Shown: positions 63,734 to 64,000 of the stretch, piece by piece
Layout of the letters: the number at the start of each line of letters is the position of its first letter
Position numbering within the stretch: position 1 is the first letter of the stretch
Translations under genes and position numbers: made by a program
Notes under the pieces: generated by a model
Databases searched by the model: none
Told to the model about the DNA's origin: nothing
What the model saw: the letters and a program-made list of their open reading frames with translations, nothing else
Source of the DNA: Octopus vulgaris
Taxonomy: Eukaryota
Assembly: GCA_951406725.2 (NCBI GenBank)
Contig: OX597816.1
Location: 105,834,001 to 105,898,000, forward strand
Reading direction: 5' to 3'
DNA: 64,000 nucleotides

Positions 63734-64000
63734 TGCATTTAAATATTTTTTTTAATTCATAGTGTTACCTGTATATATATATATATATATATATATACAT
63801 GCACACACAAAAACACACACATATATCTATGAGATGATTCCGTAATATGCACTGTGTGCTCACTAATTATATTAGGTCCCTATATTGTCACAAGAAAACA
63901 GAGATACATGTTCAGCCCTCTCACACTTAACGCAATTGAACATTGAGGATGTGAAAGCTGAAGGGAAGAACACATCAGCACGCAGCTGATACTCATTTTA

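Overview
AT-rich, repeat-saturated animal genomic DNA with no complete host gene visible. It is probably intronic or intergenic, and the SINE and microsatellite content suggests an octopus-type cephalopod (inference). It contains a young 5'-truncated RTE-clade LINE (minus strand, about 37607-41017) with one uninterrupted EN-RT ORF that carries a PHD-type C4HC3 finger inside the RT C-terminal region. It also holds many short 3' copies of that LINE family, three decayed mariner copies, a Tc1 (DD34E), a TRT/DD37E-like Tc1 fragment, an internally deleted Helitron plus a non-autonomous Helitron, three tandem Dong/R4-like LINE 3' ends in a (TAA)n tract, CR1/Jockey-like ends, Penelope-like fragments, MITEs, several tRNA-derived SINE families and microsatellites. 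The most interesting signals are: (i) a ~310-bp near-perfect palindrome at 17.8-18.1 kb, each arm encoding a minimal type-I hammerhead-ribozyme-like motif with a U3:A8 core covariation, next to a Penelope RT fragment, plus a second decayed hammerhead at ~45.0 kb; (ii) the PHD finger in the RTE protein, also found twice as an isolated fragment; (iii) an inverted template-switch footprint at 15.3/16.6 kb that preserves a MITE's empty site. Coordinates were read by eye; ends of decayed repeats are approximate.
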